DNA from: Camelus ferus
Taxonomy: Eukaryota
Direction of reading: 5' to 3'
NCBI RefSeq assembly: GCF_009834535.1
Contig: NC_045696.1
Coordinates: 98,644,001 to 98,708,000 of the forward strand
Length of the DNA: 64,000 nt
The notes below the pieces were generated by a model. The model was not told the origin of the DNA, searched no databases, and saw only the letters and a list, made by a program, of their open reading frames with translations. Shown here one piece after another: positions 24,297 to 37,128 of the stretch. Numbering within the stretch: the stretch's first letter is position 1; every line of letters starts with the position of its first letter. Both the position numbers and the translations under genes were made by a program.

Positions 24297-27033
24297 AGAC
24301 ACAGACAGAGAGGAAGAGAGAGGCTAGTAACTGACAACACTGCTGGCTGTGAGAGCTGAACTAAAGTAATACCAGTTGGCTGGCAGCTTATACAGTTTTT
24401 AAACCTTTTAAAAAAATCTCTTAAAGTTTCAGTCAAATTTATTACCCAATTTGTCGCAGCCGTTACAGTATTTGTGTGCATGTGTGTATACATATATGCA
24501 GTCAGTTATTTTATGGCTACAGTATACCTACGTTTGATTTTAGTTCACCATGGAAGTGTATGTATATACACACACACACACACAGAGGAAAGAGAAAATC
24601 TGGGGCTTCTCAGAATTATTTTTCTTAGCTGGTAACAGACAACCCAGAGATATTTTATCAGTTGTCTCTCTGATGAAATGATTCACCTCCGTTCCTAATC
24701 TCCATTTACCTCAATCCCATATACTTTTCCAGGACACAAAAATTAGATTTATGAAGAGTATTTTTAATATATTCTTAAATCAATCATTCAAAAAACATAA
24801 CAAAACAGTTTAAATATTTGTACTCATATTATGATAGTTCTCAGATACTTTCCACCAAATGCCTCTGTATATCCAAGCTACAGCTAAGGAACAGCTAAAT
24901 ATGTGTTTTTTAACATGGGTAATAGCAGGACCAACTATTCTAGGAGCAGGAGCAGGAGCAGGTAGAACACAGATGACTGCCGCCCCAGCGTCTCAGCAAA
25001 CCTATTTCTAGTCTTCTGGCTCACTCACTGTCTACCTGTTGAGATGAACACCAGCGATGAAGTGACTGTTGTATCATTCCTGCTTTCTTTCTTTTTTTTT
25101 TTCCACTGAGAAATATTCAGAGGCATTAAAATGTCTAAAATTTTTACATCCATGTGTTGGCCCCGAGGCCATCTCCTTGTCATTGTTTATGTGGCTGCAC
25201 ATTATTCTACCAATTCTAGAATGACTCAGGATTAGTTTTCACCAAGTGGCGGAGGACTGAAATAAATCTCAAACTTAACCAATTTTAATTACCCCTGAAA
25301 ATTCCCTGGTCTTCTCCCCTCAACAAAATAACAATAGCACAACCTCGTTGTAATTTTTTTTTTTACTTGAATCTAAAGCAAGTCATTTCAAAATGGTCTT
25401 TAAAAAATAGTGTTATTGTTATCACATTTTATTCTAGAGTAATTTCATATATGTCTGCAAATTTAACCAATGACTCCTACCCTAATGAGCCGTGGACTGC
25501 AAAGACCTATTTTCACCAGATGGGGATGTTGCATCAGGAAAGAGCACTCCTTGCAAGTGAAACAAGGCTTCTCCTACCACTAGGGAAGTACAGAGGCCAA
25601 AACCATCTGTGTTTTCAAGATTTGGACATGAAATAAGAGATGCTTAAAAATATTTTAAAAATACTTCTTTTGGGTGCTGAAGTAGATTATTTACATTCAG
25701 TAAATACTTGCAAGTTGGACTTAATTTACTGTTATTTTTCCTCTGTGTCTTGCTAGCAAAAAGGATTTTGTTGTCAACTGCTCTTTCCTATCTAAGTAAA
25801 AAATTTATAACCATCTAAATAAATAGTATTTTAAGAAGGAGGGTAAGATGTGGTGGATTTCTTTTTTTAAAAATGTTTCTTGAGGTGGAACTGCAGGTCA
25901 ATTCTGTTTAACCATTTCATGATTTATTTTCATTCTATTTTATATTTCCTTGTCCTTAGAGAAAATGCTGTATTCATAAGAGCTCCACAAGTAGCTAATT
26001 ACAAACATGATTAGTAACTATTGATACATTTTCTTTTATGTTACATTTTAACTATGATGCCTTTCTTACATTTTTAAAGAAAAATAGGTATAATTGACAA
26101 AATAAGCTTTATTTGCTTGATCAGAAATATTTCAAATATGTACTGATTAAACTGTAGAACATGCTTTACTGTGTGTGCCTCTGAGGTGAACTGTGAATAT
26201 TCTAGCCTGTAGGAAAACAGGTTTTCAGGAGAACCTCAGTTTGAGGAATTTTCTGAGGTAAAGAGCTTAAAAATACCTATGGAAGAGAACACACAAATAC
26301 ACACATAAAAGGACAACTTTTCACCTAATTTTTCTCACTATTTTTTTTCAAGTGAGCAAAAAAAAAATGTATTATGGGATGCAACATTTACCCAGAAATT
26401 ATTTATTAGCCATAAATGGGCTATAAATATTATAAATAGCTTTCTGTATTTCATGTCAGGAAACTAAAGAAATTCATCTCTGACAACGAAGCCTTGATTT
26501 TCGGGCAACTGTTACATCTCTACACCTCACAGTGAGTGGATCTGGGAAATAAGAATAGTGCCAGTAAGATAATATCAAGTGGGGAAGAGGACAAGGAAGA
26601 CAGTGGAGGGGGCGGAGAATGAGAAGGTGTCCTAAATATGAATAAGCGTAATAAATCCTCCCTTGGATCTAAAGCAGTTACTTCAAGGATTTCGAAAGGG
26701 CTGCCCTACCGGCTTCCGCAAACCCATCCGTGACGGTTACTACACATTTTCCATCCTGATCGTTTCTTGTCCTGTGGCTCCCACTTAATCAACACCATGG
26801 CCTGAAAACTCTCATAAACTGTTCATCATGAAACTAAAAATGACCATCCAGAAGGAGACATATTTTGTTTGGCTTCAACCTGATTTAAAATGTTAAATTA
26901 AATATTATTTGGAGAACAAAACATTGGGATATTTCACATTAAAACATATGTATTTTCAGCATGAGGAGCTGAGCTGAGCTGAGCAGGAACAGCACCTACT
27001 TCCCATGGGAGCATAAGGATACAGTGAGACCAT

Positions 27034-27482
27034 TTTTTTAAATTAATTTTTATGGAAGTATAGTTGATATGTAATATTATATAAGCTGCAGGTGTACAGT
27101 ATAGTGATTTACAATTCTTAAAGGCTATACTCCCTTTATAATTATTACAAAATATTTGCTATATTCCCCATGTTGCACACTATATCCTTGTAGCTTACTT
27201 TATGCATAGAGTTTGTACCTCTTAGTCTCTTTCCCCAGTATTGTCCCTCCCCCTTTCCCTCTCCCCACTGGTAACCATGAGTTTGTTCTCGATATCTGCG
27301 AGTCTGCTTCTTTTTTGTTATATTCACTAGTTTATTGTCTTTTTCAGATTCCACATATAAGTGATATTAGACAGTATTTGTCTTCCTCTGACTGATTGCA
27401 CTTGGCATAATGCCCTCCCTGTCCATCCATATTGTCACAAATGGCAAAATTTTCATTCTTTCTTGTGGCTGAGTAGTATTCC

Positions 27483-27515
<33 letters not shown>

Positions 27516-27566
27516 ATTACATCTCTCGCATCTTTATTCGTTCATCTGTTGATGGGCACTTAGGTT
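27034..27566 (-). mobile_element. L1 3' end (cetartiodactyl/L1MA9-like) with internal (TG)n
   Basis: poly-T followed by gaagtatagttgat...ttcagattccacatataagtga...ggctgagtagtattccattgtg...gatgggcacttaggtt; imperfect TSD agaccat/agatcat. Confidence 0.9.
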
Positions 27567-27639
27567 AGATCATCATTAGCACTGACAAGAACTAGCATGT
27601 GTGCCTCCTGTGGGCCCAGTGCCAGGCGTACACTGCTGA

Positions 27640-28360
27640 GTCTAGTTTACACAAAGTGCTTAGCCCAGTGCCTAACACATAATAAGCATTAAAGAAATAT
27701 TAATCAGTATCATCATTGCTAATTTTCCTAACTTCTATGCAAGACATATATTATTATCCCATTTCCCAGATGAGAAACTTGAGGCTCAGAGCAAGTAAGT
27801 AGCCCAACAATTATTAGCAATTTGGACTTTGCAATGGCTAGTCTCTATAAGTACCTCACAAGGTAGGTATTATTCCCATTTTGTTCATGAAAACTGGTTC
27901 AAAAAAGATAACTTGAGTGAAGTCTCAGGATTTGAACCCGACTTTAGGTCCACAGCTCCTGCGAATCCACCCATCCCATCTGGTGGCAAATTCCGTCTGC
28001 TCTGTAGGCAGTCTGTTCACTTGGCCCTTTCTTATCTGTGAGTTATTGAGAAGCTCCTTTAGATGAGTATTAGGGAGTATGTATTTTTGCAAGGGTAGGA
28101 AAGTGGCAGGGAGGGGTTGGAGGGAAACTTACTCTGAACACAAGTAGCAGCGGACCTCTAGCAACATTCACAACAACATACTATGGCAGCTACTGTGCTG
28201 AGCACGTCACACAAACTATCCAGTTAATTTTCAGAATGATGCTATGAAGTGAAGAGTGCTATTGTCCTCACTTAGGAAAAGGGGACACTGACACTTCTGT
28301 GACTTAAGTAGTCAGGTCACACAAGTCAAGGGCAGAGTCGAGACTAGAACCAGATAGCGT
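27640..28360. mobile_element. Cluster of MIR fragments in both orientations
   Basis: aaagtgcttagcccagtgcctaacacataataagc (+); cccatttcccagatgagaaacttgaggctcaga and ggatttgaaccc (-). Confidence 0.7.
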
Positions 28361-30794
28361 ACATGATGTCATTCAGCATTTATGGAGCACCTCACTGGTG
28401 CGCAGTCCTCAATCCCAGTGTTTGAGGGGGTTATAAAAACAATTTATAACCTGGAGTGTTTGGAGCTCCAGCAGTGGAATCTTGTGGAGATTAAGCTGGA
28501 AGAATGTGGAAGGCTGCATCGGAGTGAGCAGACACTGGGGGGAGGCGGGTACCAGGTGGGAAAGTACTGCAGTGGTTCGGCATCTGCTGATGAGAGTCTT
28601 GGAAGGAATGTGGGCAGGAAAATTGTTTTTCACAGGAAACTGATTCTCTTCGAACCAGAAGACTATGTATACATAATGTGAATACAAACCACGGGTTTGG
28701 AAGCCTCTAAAAGTAGAGACGATTATTTTACAATCGTAGTTAAGCAGAGATACGTGACGTTAAGTGCACCACGAAACTGCTTCCAAAGGAGGAAATAACA
28801 GGACAGCTAACGCTGGGCTTATAAATGTTTTCTGATGTGAATGAATAATTGTTTTAAATTTCTTCCTCCAACTTTTAACTTAAAATTTGCTGATTGGGTA
28901 CTTTCTGTGTGCCATGGCCTGGGGTTTTCAATCGTAAGATAACAGTGTATCTGAAACAATCTCAAGCAATGAAAAGAATGAAAAAGGAAAACATAGTTTT
29001 CTGAACTCCTTAAGATATCCCCATTTTTTTCCCATTTCAGAATAGGTACATTCTTACATTGCACCAATCCTCTTGGAAATTACGTGTAATCATATTTCTG
29101 TAAATCAAAACATACATTCATGCTTTTTAAAGAAACCTTGTGGTGAATTCTTTGTTCCTAATTGGTCACCCTTCGTGTATCTGGTTGTCAATCTTGAATC
29201 TCATAATCGATCGGCCTTCCTTGGAGTATCACCTCTATTGTTACTTACTCAAACAACTTATAACATGGTCCCTCCTTTATATAGAGGCACAGATCAATAC
29301 TGAAGTTGCAAAATAACAATAATTTGGAGAAAAATCTGCAGGAAATAAAGTGGCCATTTTCTAATCCAGATGAAAACATTTGAGCTATTTAGCATTTCAG
29401 TATCAGTAATCATTAAGGTACTTTTTAAAGCATATTTTATCCCACAGAGAATGTGCCAAATCTCATTTCTCAGCTCTTTTTCAATCAATTGCACTTGTTT
29501 TGATATAGGAAACATAAAACAATCTGAAAAAGTGATACATTGAGTTAAATTTGATTTGTGGAATTGGATGCTTTCTTGAAAACAATGTCTATTTCCTTTC
29601 CTGTCTCTTTTGCTCACAATTGAAGTTATGAGGTATAAAAGACCACAGAAAGGTATAGATTTCTCTAACACAAAAACTAAAGCAGAGACTCAAATCAGGA
29701 TCTTGTCATAAGGAGGTGATAAAATCAGGTTGTGCCCAGGCCCCAGAAGCCTGGTATTTGCACACGGTGATGAAGGCACATTCTTTGGCCACAGCCACGT
29801 GCTACCATAGGGTCTCATTTAGTGATAAATTCTTCTTCAGTTGTAACAAACCAGCCAGCTCTTTCTCAGGTAGCAAATAAAACCCAGAAAGTTCAACCAT
29901 GTCACAGCTATTTAACAATTTTAGAAAGGCCTTTGATATTCATATTTCACATATCAAACACTAGCTTTATGTAATGCTCTGATCTCTAACATTCGTGAAT
30001 GCGCATTTCTAGCTGAATGGACCGAGCATGGGCCAGTGAGAGAAAATATTATGATGCATACATAAGAGCAAAATATTGTGCAATGTAAACCCCGATTGCC
30101 TGTCTCTTATTCCCCATTTTCATTTTTATCATTCTGTTCTATAACATGTCAGAATATTAATAATAGATATATGTGAACATAAACTATTGATGCCATTGCT
30201 ATGGCCAGAAGGCTGGTTGATATTTGAATATAGAAAAAAGAATCAGCAAATAAGAGAACTACTTTCCTGTTTACTCAGATATTATAAAATTGAGTTATAC
30301 ATTAATAAAAAAGATTTATAATTAATTGCAGTCATTATTAACTGGAATTAATTATAGTCTTTACCTTCTCCCAAATAATAACTTTCCACAAGCGTATTTG
30401 AACATGAGATATTTTGCAGTTTATTTCTATCAGAAATCAGAAGTCTGACAGTAAAAGTCTACTGCTGTCTTTAATAAATATAGGCCCTCTCTCTTAAGCT
30501 GAAACATTTTAACCCTAACCTTGTATGTATGTGATGAACATGAAATTATTTTTACTGTTTGTGTAATCTTTAGTATTGAGATCATTCTTCAATTGATTTT
30601 TAGCCAAGATGCTGTCAGAACGGCTATAGTGTTGGTGTAAGTGTGGAGTCACATCTAAGAGATTTAATGAGAGGTTGACTACTAAGGTTGGCTTTAGAGG
30701 AAGTAAACTAAAAGATCAAGAAAGACTTTGCAGTTTGGTAACGTAAGTTGGTTTTCTATATCTGTGCGTCTGTTTTCGTTTCGTAAAGGTTGCA

Positions 30795-30939
30795 TAGAGG
30801 GATAAATTAGGGAGTTTGGGATTAGCAGATACATACCACTATATATAAAACAGATAAACAACAAGGTCCTACTGTATAGCACACAGGACTATATTCAATA
30901 TACTGTAGCAACCTATAATTAAAAAGAATATGAAAGAGA

Positions 30940-30993
<54 letters not shown>

Positions 30994-31063
30994 GAATCAC
31001 TAGGCTGTACTCCAGAAACTAACACAACATTGCAAATCAACTATACCTCAATTAAAAAAAAAA
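30795..31063 (+). mobile_element. Short L1 3' end with internal (TA)n (30941-30990) and poly-A tail
   Basis: gggataaattagggagtttgggattagcagatac...aacaaggtcctactgtatagcac...aatcaactatacctcaattaaaaaaaaa. Confidence 0.9.
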
Positions 31064-32626
31064 GATGTTGCAGGAATGTCGAGGGGAATCACATGGAATT
31101 AGCCACTGTGCTTTTGGGAAGACGTTTCTAATGGACATACTTGTGGGCCTGTGTTGACTAACAACAGTTAAGCTGGTAGAAGGGAATAGGAAGTTTGCTA
31201 ACATGACCTCATTCAAATAACTGAACAGGGGAATTACAGAAAGAAAAGTATGACCCAGCGAAAGCTGGAATAGACAGGGAAAATTAGGAGGAAAATTCCT
31301 GAAAAAACTGTTTCTGAGTTCCAACTTGCCAATTTTGTCCTCACAGCCTCTAATGTAAATGTACTTACTGTCCAGGAGTGATGCATCCACAAGAAAGATG
31401 TGAAGTGTTGCCGGCAGACAGAGCTGGGGAAATAGTAGCAGGGGGTCAGCATGGAGGAGAAGTGAGGCTGAGAGCAACTCACTGGGAGCCTGGAAGGGGT
31501 CCCCCGCCTGGGTCTGTGGCCACGCAGCTGCTTGACTTGACGCGGGTCACTTAAACCCCCTGTCATTCGGTGTCTAAGTTTGTTAAATGAGTGGGGTACA
31601 CTAAAACTTTCCTATGATTGTTCTGAGTTACAGACTTGAGTAAATTTAGAGTTAAGAGGAAATTTTTAGAAACATATGGCAGAGAGGGTACTTTGATTTT
31701 TCTCAAGTAGAGTGAGAATTATCTCTGCGCTCATCCTGATGAGAAAGAGCTACCAGTGCCAGCTCAGCTGACATGTGAGATATGACTGTGCAGCCACTCT
31801 GATCTAGACTTCTTTACGGTGTCATCAGCTGTGCACCCACGATGCTCATTTTAGGAATAAGCACCGAGTTTTTATTTGCTGCAGCAAGTCATTCAGGGCA
31901 GCTTTCTCCTGCATGCAGAATTTATTATTAATAGTATAAATATATTAGGAAAGGTGTATTACAAAACACTACCTTGTCAGAAAGCCCTGAGTGTTTAGCA
32001 CAAACTCTGAAAGAGGGGAAGGGTTAAGTTGTACTCACTTTGCCATTTTTCTTTTTGCTGTCAAAACTATCAATATAAATATATAAATAAACGAGCAAAT
32101 AGTGAGGGCTACAAAGATGCCACTGTAATTTTTCATGAAGGAAAAAGCACAAATCTAAAGAAAATTCTACAAGAGTAGGTGATACGTGTGCTGTGTGGGC
32201 TACGTTGAAATGGTGTTAATGAAGAGAAATACAATCAGAACTGAGATAAACATTATAAACTTTTTAAAATAATAAATGCTCATAGAAAGGCTGAGTCAAG
32301 TCAAGGGAAGACCAGTAAACAATGCTCTTTGAATCAACAGTGTTTTCTGTTTTGCAGTCGAAGAAGCACATTCCTTACCCACAATTTGATTTTCCCTCGT
32401 AGTAAATCAAATCAAAGCCAGGCCTTTGTGCTGTACTAATTAGTCACAGCATGATTATGGCTTATGTGCTCTTTAGATCGTACAAACTTGTTTACAAATA
32501 TTGCAGTATATTCTTTCATGATAACTCATTGGCCTTTGGGAATATTAGCTAACCATGGCTTGATCTGATAAATAGTAAGGAATGCAAGAGATTGTTACAA
32601 CATAGTCCATGACCTGCAGCTTAGGG

Positions 32627-32814
32627 CGCTGTTTCTTAAAGTGTGCCAGCAGTAGGAGTATCACCTGGGCTCTTGTCAGAAATGCAAGTTTCTGGAGCTC
32701 TCCTGAGACTCACTGAACTAGTAATACTGCATGTGGGGTCCAGCAATCTGTGTCTGTTTGATTTAACAAGTTGTTTATGTGATTCTGAGGTGTACTGAAG
32801 TTTGAGAATCATGG
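32627..32814. mobile_element. MER5A (hAT-Charlie), followed by a second partial MER5 end to ~32880
   Basis: atcacctggg...ttgtcagaaatgcaa...ccagcaatctgtg...gtgattctgag...aagtttgagaatcatg. Confidence 0.8.
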
Positions 32815-32880
32815 CTCAGCTGTCCTCCAATTTTGGTATTCATCAAAATCATCTGAAGAGTTTGTTTAAGATGCTCAGGG

Positions 32881-34330
32881 CAATGTAATCCCAAACAAGA
32901 TCCCAACAGAATTTTCTTTGTAAGTGGATCAATTGATTCTAACATTTATGTGGCAATTGAGAGGATCAGTAACAGCCATGGCAAAAAAACAAAGCTTACA
33001 CTACAAAAAATGAAGACTAGGTAAAACTATGATAATTTAGCCATTGTGGTAGAGAGAAAAGGATAGAAAAATAGGGCAGAAGAGAGATCCCAGAAATGGA
33101 TTCATACTCTGTGGTTATCTACTTTATGGTAAAGTTGACGTAAATACAGCAGCAAAAGTATGTCCTTTTCAGTAAATCGTGTTGAGTTAGTTGGATGTTC
33201 ATGTGGGAAAAAAATGAATCTTTACTCTTAACTCATTCCAGGCACAAAGCCCAATTTCAGATGGATTATAAACATAAAAGACAAAACAGTAAGCTTGGAG
33301 ATGGAAACTTGAAAATAGTTTCATAAATTTCATTTAGGCAAAGATCTCTTAGATTAAAAAAAAAAACCCAAAGAATTCTGCGTATGAGAGAAAAGTTGAC
33401 TACATTAAAATAAAGAACTTCTTTTATCAAAACTTTACTAAAAGAATAGAAGGCAAGTTAGATGGTGGTAGAAGAGATTTACCATACTTAGAGCTGACAA
33501 AAGACATGTATCTAGGAAATATATATGCAAAATTAGACAACTCTTTTTGTCTACTTTTTGCATATTGTAAGTGGGAAGGAGACTTTTACAGGCAGTTATG
33601 AAAGATCACGTCCAATTGTAAAGTAAATATATAAAAGAAAAGGTACCTCAGCTTTCTTAGATATCAGTGAAATGCAAATAAAACTATAATGTGACACTGC
33701 TATGCACCCACTAGAACACAGTCAAAATACGAAATACAGAAAATACCAAGTCTTGGTTGAGGATGTGGAACAACTAGAACTTTCTTAAAATAGTATCAGT
33801 TCTACTCCTAGATATTTATCCAAAAGAAACGCAAACACTTGACTACCAGATGGATTTCAAAATTTTCATAGCAGCAGTATTTGTAATATTATCACCAGTG
33901 TAGAAATGGCCCATCAATAACATAATGAATAAATAAATTTGGATATATTCATTCACTGCAATACCATGCTGCAGTAAGAAAGAAAAACAACACTATCATG
34001 ACATGCAAAATGTGGACGAATTTCACAAACATAATGTCAAATTTAAAAAGTTCACTGTGCGATTCCATGCTGAAAAGTTCAAAAATAGGAAAAAAAACCC
34101 CTGAATCCATGAACAAATCTATGGGAAAAGAACTTGGTCAGGGCGTGGGTGGGACAGTAAGAAGACACAGAAGATCTTCTGGGGACATTTATTCATGTTC
34201 TGTTTTAGATCTGGGTACGGGTTATATGAGTATGTTCATCTTATAAAATTTAATCAGCTGTATAAATATTGGTACCTTTTTCTGTTTGCTGGTTATGCTT
34301 CAAAAACAAAAGTTTTCTCAAAAAAAAAAA
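32881..34330 (+). mobile_element. Old L1 (L1ME/L1MC-like), ORF2 3' region and 3' UTR
   Basis: caatgtaatcccaaacaagatcccaacag, gactacattaaaataaagaacttc, gaaatgcaaataaaactataatg, ggatgtggaacaactagaac; A-rich end. Confidence 0.85.
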
Positions 34331-34899
34331 TCACAGAGCATAGTGAAAATTACACTCGAAAACACTAGTCAGCATGTAGTGTGGGGGAGGGAAGGGTCTG
34401 GGTTAGAAAAGCCAGAAGAGGAAGAGGTTAAGAGACTCTTGCTTTAAGCTAGGACACAGACAATAATAGTTCGGTCTCAGGTAGAAGCAAGGGAGATGGA
34501 GAAATGCAGGTGAATTCAAAGGGAAAAAGATGAAGTAGAGCTGGCAGAACATGGTGATGGATATGATAGACAAGAGAGAAAATGCAGGTAGTCCGTTGAT
34601 TACCTCCTAAGAAACTCCTGCCACTGAGGTGCACATACCAAGCAGGTAGCATGATAGGAATTCCTAAAGCTGTGTGGGAAAGAAGGAGGAGGGGGTCCAT
34701 CGGAGGCAGAACTTGAGTTGAGACAAGTAAGCATGTTTCAGAGGAAGCACCTGGCACGCTGATTGTGCCCTCCTTAAGGACCGACTTTCCAAACAACCTA
34801 CTTCCGATATAGCAGGTTCTCCAGGGTTTCCTCCCGCCTCCTGATTCCGTGGTCTCACATTTGGTTCCTCCTCCGGAATCCCCAAGTCTTTGTTCCAAG

Positions 34900-35840
34900 T
34901 CCCTTTTGCTTCTCTATTAATGTCATCAGTGAGGCTCGTGACTTTAAACATTAGCGTTGCCAAAAATCTCTCCTCCAGATTCAGAGACTTGAATGGCTAC
35001 TTAACGTGCCCCGGGTATTACTCAGAAGCAGCTGTGCCTCAGATTTAACGTAACCCAAACTGAACTGCTTATTCTAGCTCCCAGTCTAATCCCTTTCCAG
35101 AGCTTCCTCCTCAGTGAATGGCCCCACCAAAAATATGGGCCTTGTTCTTGATTCTTCCCTCTTTCTTACCTATTCTTTCCAACAGTGACTCTTCTCAGTT
35201 TTATATCCCTCAACTCTTTCCACTTGCCTCCATCACCATCACGGCTGTCACCCTCGTCCAGGCTACCGTCATCTCCTGGCTTCTCACTAGTTTCCTCTCA
35301 GACACTCTTACCCTTTTCCTTCTCTCAACTTACTCCTCACACTCAAGCAGAAATGATCTGTTCAATATGCAAATCTCATTCTATCAAACACATGCTTAAA
35401 ATTCTTCAAAGGTTTTAGGTTGAAGATGACAGTCCTTAACAAGGTATGCTCCATCTGGCTCCTCCCAACCCTGCCAACTCCTTCTCCATAGATGTGTCAT
35501 TCCTCTTGTCCTCCTGTCACATGGCTTTTGTTCCTGCTGCACCTGAGGCACCTATCCACCCCCGAGTTCGCCTGGTTACTGACCACTCATCCTGGAGATT
35601 TCAGTCCGACTCTCAGTTCCTTAGAGTAACTGACCTAATTCTTCAGTACATCCCACGGCCTTCACGTATCTTTTCTTGACAGCCCCATCACAGTATAATT
35701 TACATGTTCCTGTTTGGTTCTAGGCAGTGCCTGTGTAGATTGTTCATGAGGACAAGGGAGTATCTTTGCACAGCTCTGTACCCCTAGCACTTAGAACAGA
35801 GCTTAGAAGGTTTTATGCTCAATAAATATTTGATGAATAG
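34900..35840 (+). mobile_element. L2 3' region
   Basis: cccaaactgaactgctt...gtccaggctaccgtcatctcct...gcttaaaattcttcaa...tgctcaataaatatttgatgaat. Confidence 0.75.
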
Positions 35841-36620
35841 AAGAATCCTTTGGGAAAAGCAGACTCCATAATAAATGCCACCAAGAAGCAAGAGGATGTT
35901 ATTAGCTCACTGTACCCCAAGGATGTCAGGCAAAATAAGCCCCCCCAAAAAAAAGAAAAGAAAAAGAAATCTGGTTTAAGGAATGAAACTTTAAAATTGC
36001 CCTCCTCTGATTTTGCGATGTCTGCCTTTCTGCCTTTGACACCCAGTGTAGTGCTAGTCCCACTTGGTGTGGCATTCAAAAAGGTCATCAGTTGAATTCT
36101 GGGAAATAGATACCAAATCATGGCTTAGAATACTTTGGGCTCAAATTAAACAGTGGTTAAGGCATAGATCTTAGTAATTTTTCACCTTTTAGAATATTGT
36201 CTGGCATATTTACATGGAAAAAAATTGTCAATCTGGGGACTAAGGGACCTAAAGAAGCTGATTCTGAGACATTTTCACACTTATGGACACTTGTTTGCAG
36301 AAAGCTGAGAGTTGATAACAGCTTAATAGACCAGGCAGGGACAGGAGAACCCAGCACAGGCGGTATGTATTAAGATCTGCTTTGGGGGTGCCGAGGGTTT
36401 TTTTCTTTTTTGAAATGTGAGATCTAAAATAATTTGGTTTCTCGCCTCTCACCACTGTTCTCACTCCACACTTGCCGTTTTACATACGATTATTGAGTTG
36501 ACCCGACAGGCTTTTAGGTTGGGAGGTGCAAGGTCAGTGTCCCCGCCACCTCCCAGTCCCCGTCTGTACCTACCTCAGACGTGTCTTTGTACTATCACTG
36601 CTGGACACTGCACCTTTCCG

Positions 36621-37128
36621 TAATTATAAATGTCTGTTTTCAGTCACTTCAAAGCTTTCCCAGCACTGGGAGTCCTCCTTCAAAGCCTCTGCATAGCTGA
36701 GGAACTTCTGTCATTGACAGGAGGTCCTGCTTTGAAGTTTTTCATGCCATTTATTGATTTCCCCCTTTTAAAGATGTTCAGATTAGAAAATGCTTCACCC
36801 CCTTTGAAAATGTGCATATTTTCCTGATGTTGAAGGGTTAATCCTTTGAAGATATTTACATTTTATAGCAATGTCCTTGTATGAAGAAGTTTGACATCAG
36901 CTACGCCACATGCTTTATGGCGCTTTCCTTTTCCCTGCTGGAGCCTTCAAGATCAAGATCCTCCCAGTTTAGCATGTTGTTGGTTTTTATATTAGGCTTT
37001 TGTTCCCTTTTTATGCAATGTCAAAGGAACTCAATCAATGTGCAAAAACGAAAGAGCTTGCCTAATTTGGAAATGGCCTTTATTCCTGTTGGTTATATAA
37101 TTTGACTTAAAGTTGAGACACTTTGAAC
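36621..37128. promoter_or_regulatory. Candidate enhancer: TCF/LEF site cluster with a MEIS palindrome and CDX/HOX-like motifs
   Basis: CTTTGAA or TTCAAAG within 8-mers starting at 36647, 36678, 36730, 36802, 36844 and 37121; ctgtca-t-tgacag at 36708-36720. Confidence 0.55.

Noticed and set aside
26460..26531. 72-nt AG...GTGAGT-bounded open frame (KLKKFISDNEALIFGQLLHLYTS)
   Set aside because: Its 3' half resembles a decayed MIR core, and no homology is recognised
26966..26984. (GAGCT)n resembling Ig switch-region pentamers
   Set aside because: Only about four units, far too short
34449..35679. Longest ORFs in the track (up to 149 aa)
   Set aside because: They overlap L2 relics and have no recognisable domains
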